Source of the DNA: Tubiluchus corallicola
Taxonomy: Eukaryota > Animalia > Priapulida
NCBI GenBank assembly: GCA_030141605.1
Contig: JAQGDQ010000076.1
Span: forward strand, 558,001-622,000
Length of the DNA stretch: 64,000 nucleotides
Direction of reading: 5' to 3'
Shown piece after piece: positions 52,500-64,000 of the stretch; position 1 is the stretch's first letter; each line of letters begins with the position of its first letter. The notes beneath the pieces were generated by a model, which did no database searches, was not told where the DNA came from, and saw only the letters and a list, made by a program, of their open reading frames with translations. The translations under genes and the position numbers were made by a program.

Positions 52500-52642
52500 A
52501 GCAAGACAGCGCTTCGTGTAATAAATGACGTGTCGCAACGACGCCGGATTTTAACGTGTAAGTCCTGAATACGAGAATTTCTCTGTATATATCAACTAAT
52601 TATATCGCAGAAGTTTTCGTGTAATTTAATTTGAATCACAAG
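52500..52642 (+). promoter_or_regulatory. Putative Sec23 promoter and non-coding first exon
   Basis: CpG-richer patch with TGACGTGTC at 52526-52534 and a candidate donor CAAG|GTGAAT at 52642/52643. The ATG-bearing exon begins with an acceptor at 54261-54262, which implies an upstream non-coding exon. Confidence 0.5.
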
Positions 52643-54221
52643 GTGAATAGTTACAGAATATCCTACGATCGGTTTTTATATTTATGGACTGACTAAGCAT
52701 AGCTACTTTAAGTATTATACTTATAGACTAGACTAGTAATTTAGGGTGGCTGAACGAAAATTGTAGAGCGCGCCACCATAGCCGCAAGCGTACTCATTTG
52801 ATAGTGTTATGAGCATATAGTTAATTAAAAAAAAACAGATTTAAAATAATTAGTTTGTTTTGAAATGGCGGTCAGTTAAAGTTAAAAAAAACGCTCGAGT
52901 TTTGGGAGTAAGAAAAAATGACTAAGTCCGGTTTGAGCAAAAAGTTAAAAATTGTACTTTTAAGCATTCCATTATTTATAACTAAAAATTCCAAATACAG
53001 GTTTTAGTATGTTAGTGTTGTTAAATGGAGTGCATTGCACGAGAAATAATCATATCAAGTCATATGGCAACATAGTATTCGTTTTTCCAGCATCCAAAAT
53101 TCATCCAAATGATGTTTTATCTTAACAGGTGTGAAAATGGACCTTTTACGAAAGTGCGCTAAGTTGTCAACTTTAGAGTGTTATAAGAGATGCCAATTCA
53201 GCTGATTGTTAATCTGACAGTTCAGCTGACAGTTAATTGTTAATATGACTTTTGGTAGCTCAGTGTACATAGAACAAATATTCATAAACACTTTGCACCT
53301 TCAGATTTATGCTAGGGAAAATTTTTACAGGAAAAACCGGGAAAGCAGCATTTTCGTGAGTATTACCAAATTTACGATATGAAAACTATGCGTTTTAGAA
53401 AGTGGGATTTAGTTGGTTACACATAGTAGTACTAGTAGAGGTCAGTACAGTACTGGCCAGCCGCTGATGTCTTTGTGAAAGTTTGCTGATTTATGATTTA
53501 AAACCTTCTGTAAATAATCAACAGTCTAGGCCAGCCACGAAAAAAATTGTTTCTGTGTTACCTCATCAATCTATGTCAGTAGGGAGGGAAGAAGTTTTTC
53601 AAAAAGTTTTTTTTGAAGCGTTGTGACCGTTTAAACCTTAATCGTGGAATATTTAAATTCAGTTGAAATCAAAGTGCTCTGTAATATTTTAAGTTTTTTT
53701 AATAGACATTTTTCATGCTTTGTTAGCTTGTTTCGCATTACTAAATTATCGTAGTTATCGGTTATAGTCTTTTTGTGTACAGCATGAACGATGTTAATTT
53801 TTTTGTTGTAGTAATTTATTGCTTTTTAAGTTTGTATTAAAATAATGCGTCTTTATATGACTGTGTCTAGTAAGCATATGAACATACAAAAAAATATATA
53901 AAATTCCCGACCGTGTATGCGGTAAAAAAATGTCGCTTGTGTGATTACACAGAAACAGAAGTATTGTTATTAGTGACGGGCTCAGTGTGCCACTATAGTT
54001 CATAGCTATTTGCTTAAATGATACATGCAAAACTTTACTTGATGTGTTTTGCTCTTTGATGAATATATTTAGTTGTGTTAGGCTCATGTGTGTATTTTTT
54101 TGTTTTCATTCATTATGTGTTTATTGGCTTTTACATATAAAACTCTAGTGATGTTTTTAAGAAAATAAACAAAATCTCAGCTTGTTTTTATATGTTGCTG
54201 CATTATGTTTGATAACATTGA

Positions 54222-61528
<7,307 letters not shown>

Positions 61529-62018
61529 TGACTTTCTTTTTTCAGTTTCTAGAGTTGGTACATTACTGATATTTCTGTATTCCTAAATTCATACCTTCTT
61601 TAAATCTAAACTACAAAATGGGTCTATAGTTAGGAAGTAGCCAAACAGCAATAATACGCAATTTTCAAACTCTGTTTTAAGAATTTTATTTATTGCAAGT
61701 GCAGAGGGAAGGCACAGAACAGAAAACTTTAAGTAAGATAGAGAGCTGGTCTTGATTGAAATCTAGTATTGCAAGAAGAGCAGTTACTACAGTATAATAT
61801 CTTTATTAGGGCTAAAGGTTTATTAGATAGCATCCATACAAGTTTAGAATATAAAGTAGTATAGATACTGTATTTTGCTCTATCTTATTGTGCACCACTA
61901 AAACACTTTTTCACAATGAAACTAACTCTCATTTTTGTGACTGTAAAAACTAACTAAAAAAATTTGGTAACATTAATAAGGATGCTATTGCCAATGGTAT
62001 CATATCTTCAGATCACTA

Positions 62019-62631
62019 CCGTATTTTCCCATGTATAAGAGACCCTTGTGTATAAGAGACCCCTTCAATTTTTAGGCAAAAATTCTGGAAAAAAGTTTTT
62101 TGGTAATGAATAACTTTATTCATCATAAAAATCATTAAATTCCTCATCACTCTCATCAAAAATATCAACTGGAGTCAGACCTTCAGCAATTCCAGCCAGT
62201 TCATTGTATTGCTTACAACCGCTTCATAGTCGAACGCGACACGCCTTGCTTAGGCTGACTCATCTCGTTGACCTCTGCCGACGTATCAATGACGTCGACG
62301 GGCATGCAGAGAGCTTATGCAGATGCGTTGATTGGCTGCAGAACAATCGATTTCTCTCCAATACCAAAGAGACATTTAAAAAAATAATAACTTACCCGGT
62401 ACATTAATTTTATCATTAGAATTTAGCCATGGAGAAGATTTATTGAAAGGAAACTATAATTATTCGAAATAAAACAGTTGTAGAGCACTTATTTCTTTAA
62501 AATCATTAGTGTCACAATTTATGCATCTTATTGAAAAGACTTACTCCCATGTATAAGAGACCCCCTATTTTTAAAGTGAAAATTCTGAGCAAAAAAGGGT
62601 CTCTTATACACTTATACAAGGGAAAATACGG
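62019..62631 (-). mobile_element. Non-autonomous Tc2/pogo-type (Tc1-mariner superfamily) DNA transposon
   Basis: TA|CCGTATTTTCCCATGTATAAG ... CTTATACAAGGGAAAATACGG|TA (21-bp TIR, 1 mismatch, TA TSD). Repeated subterminal TGTATAAGAGACCC. A minus-strand acidic remnant, VDIFDESDEEFNDFYDE*, is typical of these transposase C-termini. Confidence 0.9.
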
Positions 62632-63027
62632 TAATTGCTGTTTCTTGTTTGGTTCATACAGCAATTTAAATTTTTGACAGCAGGTTAACTCTTTAGTATG
62701 TCTTTATATGTGCCCACAGTTTATCCATAAATCATTAGTTACTTTCCCAACTTAACTAAGAAAATTAGAAAAAAAGTTTAGAAATTTAGTTTGCAGTGCA
62801 TAAAAACCACAATTTTTTTACTTCTTGGCTGAAAAAATAATTTACTTGTTCATGTGTTTACTGCATAATTGCAGCTATTTACATTAGATTTGCAACTAAT
62901 TGGCGTGATTCAAAGTATGTATTTTGAATCGTTAGACATTTATTGTTGATCCACCAGTGCATGAGGCAAACAATTAATTAAAAACAGGTACTTTAATGGC
63001 AACTATGTGGGACTGGAGGTGGTTGTA

Positions 63028-63936
63028 TTATTCGCTTGGGAAACCATACTTTGCTTCACCCTCCGTTTTGTAGATAGTACACGTCATTTGCAACACTGTA
63101 ATAATATGTGATGTTGAGGCATTAGAGAAAAATGCAGATTTTACAGTTACTAAGCATATGGGAAGCTGTAATATCATATAAATGCCAACAATGTGAATGA
63201 TAATTTTTAATCGTCGGCTGGTAGAACCCGAAACCTTCTTCGACATCTTTGCCTTTACTTCTTGATTTTTTCTTATTGCATTGTAGGTTCTGTCGCAAAA
63301 TGATGCTGAAATAAAAATTAGCAAAAGAAAAAATGTTGATGTTCGTATAGTGGCTGTTAAGTATGGACCTCTGTTTGTATATGTAATATGTAAAATGTTT
63401 GACTAGTGGCAGCATTCCATTCTCAGCAGACAGCAAAGCGTAGATGGAAAATGCCCAGTCTGAAATGATTGATTTTTAATCTAGCATTGTGTGTGGATAA
63501 ATTATCTTTAAACAGTAATCTAGCAACAATACTATCACGGCATGTGCAGATTCCAAGTAGCCAAAGAAGTGGAAAACAAAACAGAGCTAACACTATTCCG
63601 TTCAATCGGCAAGAGTAAAAATTTTTAGTTCATATGAATTCCAATGATAAAGAACTTCATAGCAAAACCCCATGCCCTAAGAAACACCACCTGTGAGCAA
63701 AATGCAATCGCTAGCATGGTAATATTAATGCTGTACATTTGCAGAATTGCTCCACTCAGGTATTGCAGAACGTGATACTTCATTTGAATACCAGAGTCAG
63801 CAAGAATAATGGTTAAGACGTTAGATATTCCATCGAAATAAGCGTTAGCTCTTGTGTACATAATATGTAGCTGATCATGTGTATTAATCACTGGCTTTTT
63901 CTCTTCAAAGTACGTACAGTGGCAACTGCTTTTCAA
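63028..63936 (-). pseudogene. Disrupted intronless rhodopsin-class (class A) GPCR-like sequence, antisense within a Sec23 intron
   Basis: Consecutive minus-strand ORF pieces interrupted by stops/frameshifts: TM1-like GISNVLTIIL, hydrophobic TM2/TM3-like pieces, then a basic ICL3 plus TM6-like YNAIRKNQEVKAKMSKKVSGSTSRRLKIIIHIVGIYMILQLP. No clear DRY or NPxxY. Confidence 0.5.
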
Positions 63937-64000
63937 CTGATACTTATGTGTAAGCTTCTAGCTGTGAACAGCTTCATATACTTACGAGTAACCGATTATT

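Noticed and set aside
62030-62615. GTGTATAAGAGAC / GTCTCTTATACAC matching part of the Tn5 mosaic end (Nextera adapter)
   Set aside because: Only ~13 nt match, without the AGAT/AG flanks, and the copies sit inside a TIR element with a TA TSD. A coincidental subterminal repeat is more likely than adapter contamination.

Overview
AT-rich, intron-containing animal DNA, most likely an invertebrate; I cannot name the taxon. In order: (1) the last four visible exons of a receptor-guanylyl-cyclase-type ectodomain gene (+), which reaches a stop codon just after the juxtamembrane Cys loop with no TM, kinase-homology or cyclase exons in the window. (2) Three intact five-exon class C (mGluR-like) GPCR paralogues (-, +, -). 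The first has two tandem, equal-length (376 nt), same-phase first coding exons, each with its own homologous upstream region. (3) A two-exon, very divergent activin/inhibin-like TGF-beta family gene lying between the convergent GPCR copies B and C. (4) The 5' part of Sec23 (+; 13 coding exons, one GC-AG intron), with a Tc2/pogo-type element and a broken antisense rhodopsin-class GPCR remnant in its last visible intron. Decayed LINEs, a TTAA-flanked TIR element, microsatellites and a ~40-bp minisatellite are also present. Exon boundaries were read by hand from splice signals and reading phase; family assignments rest on motif recognition, not database searches.
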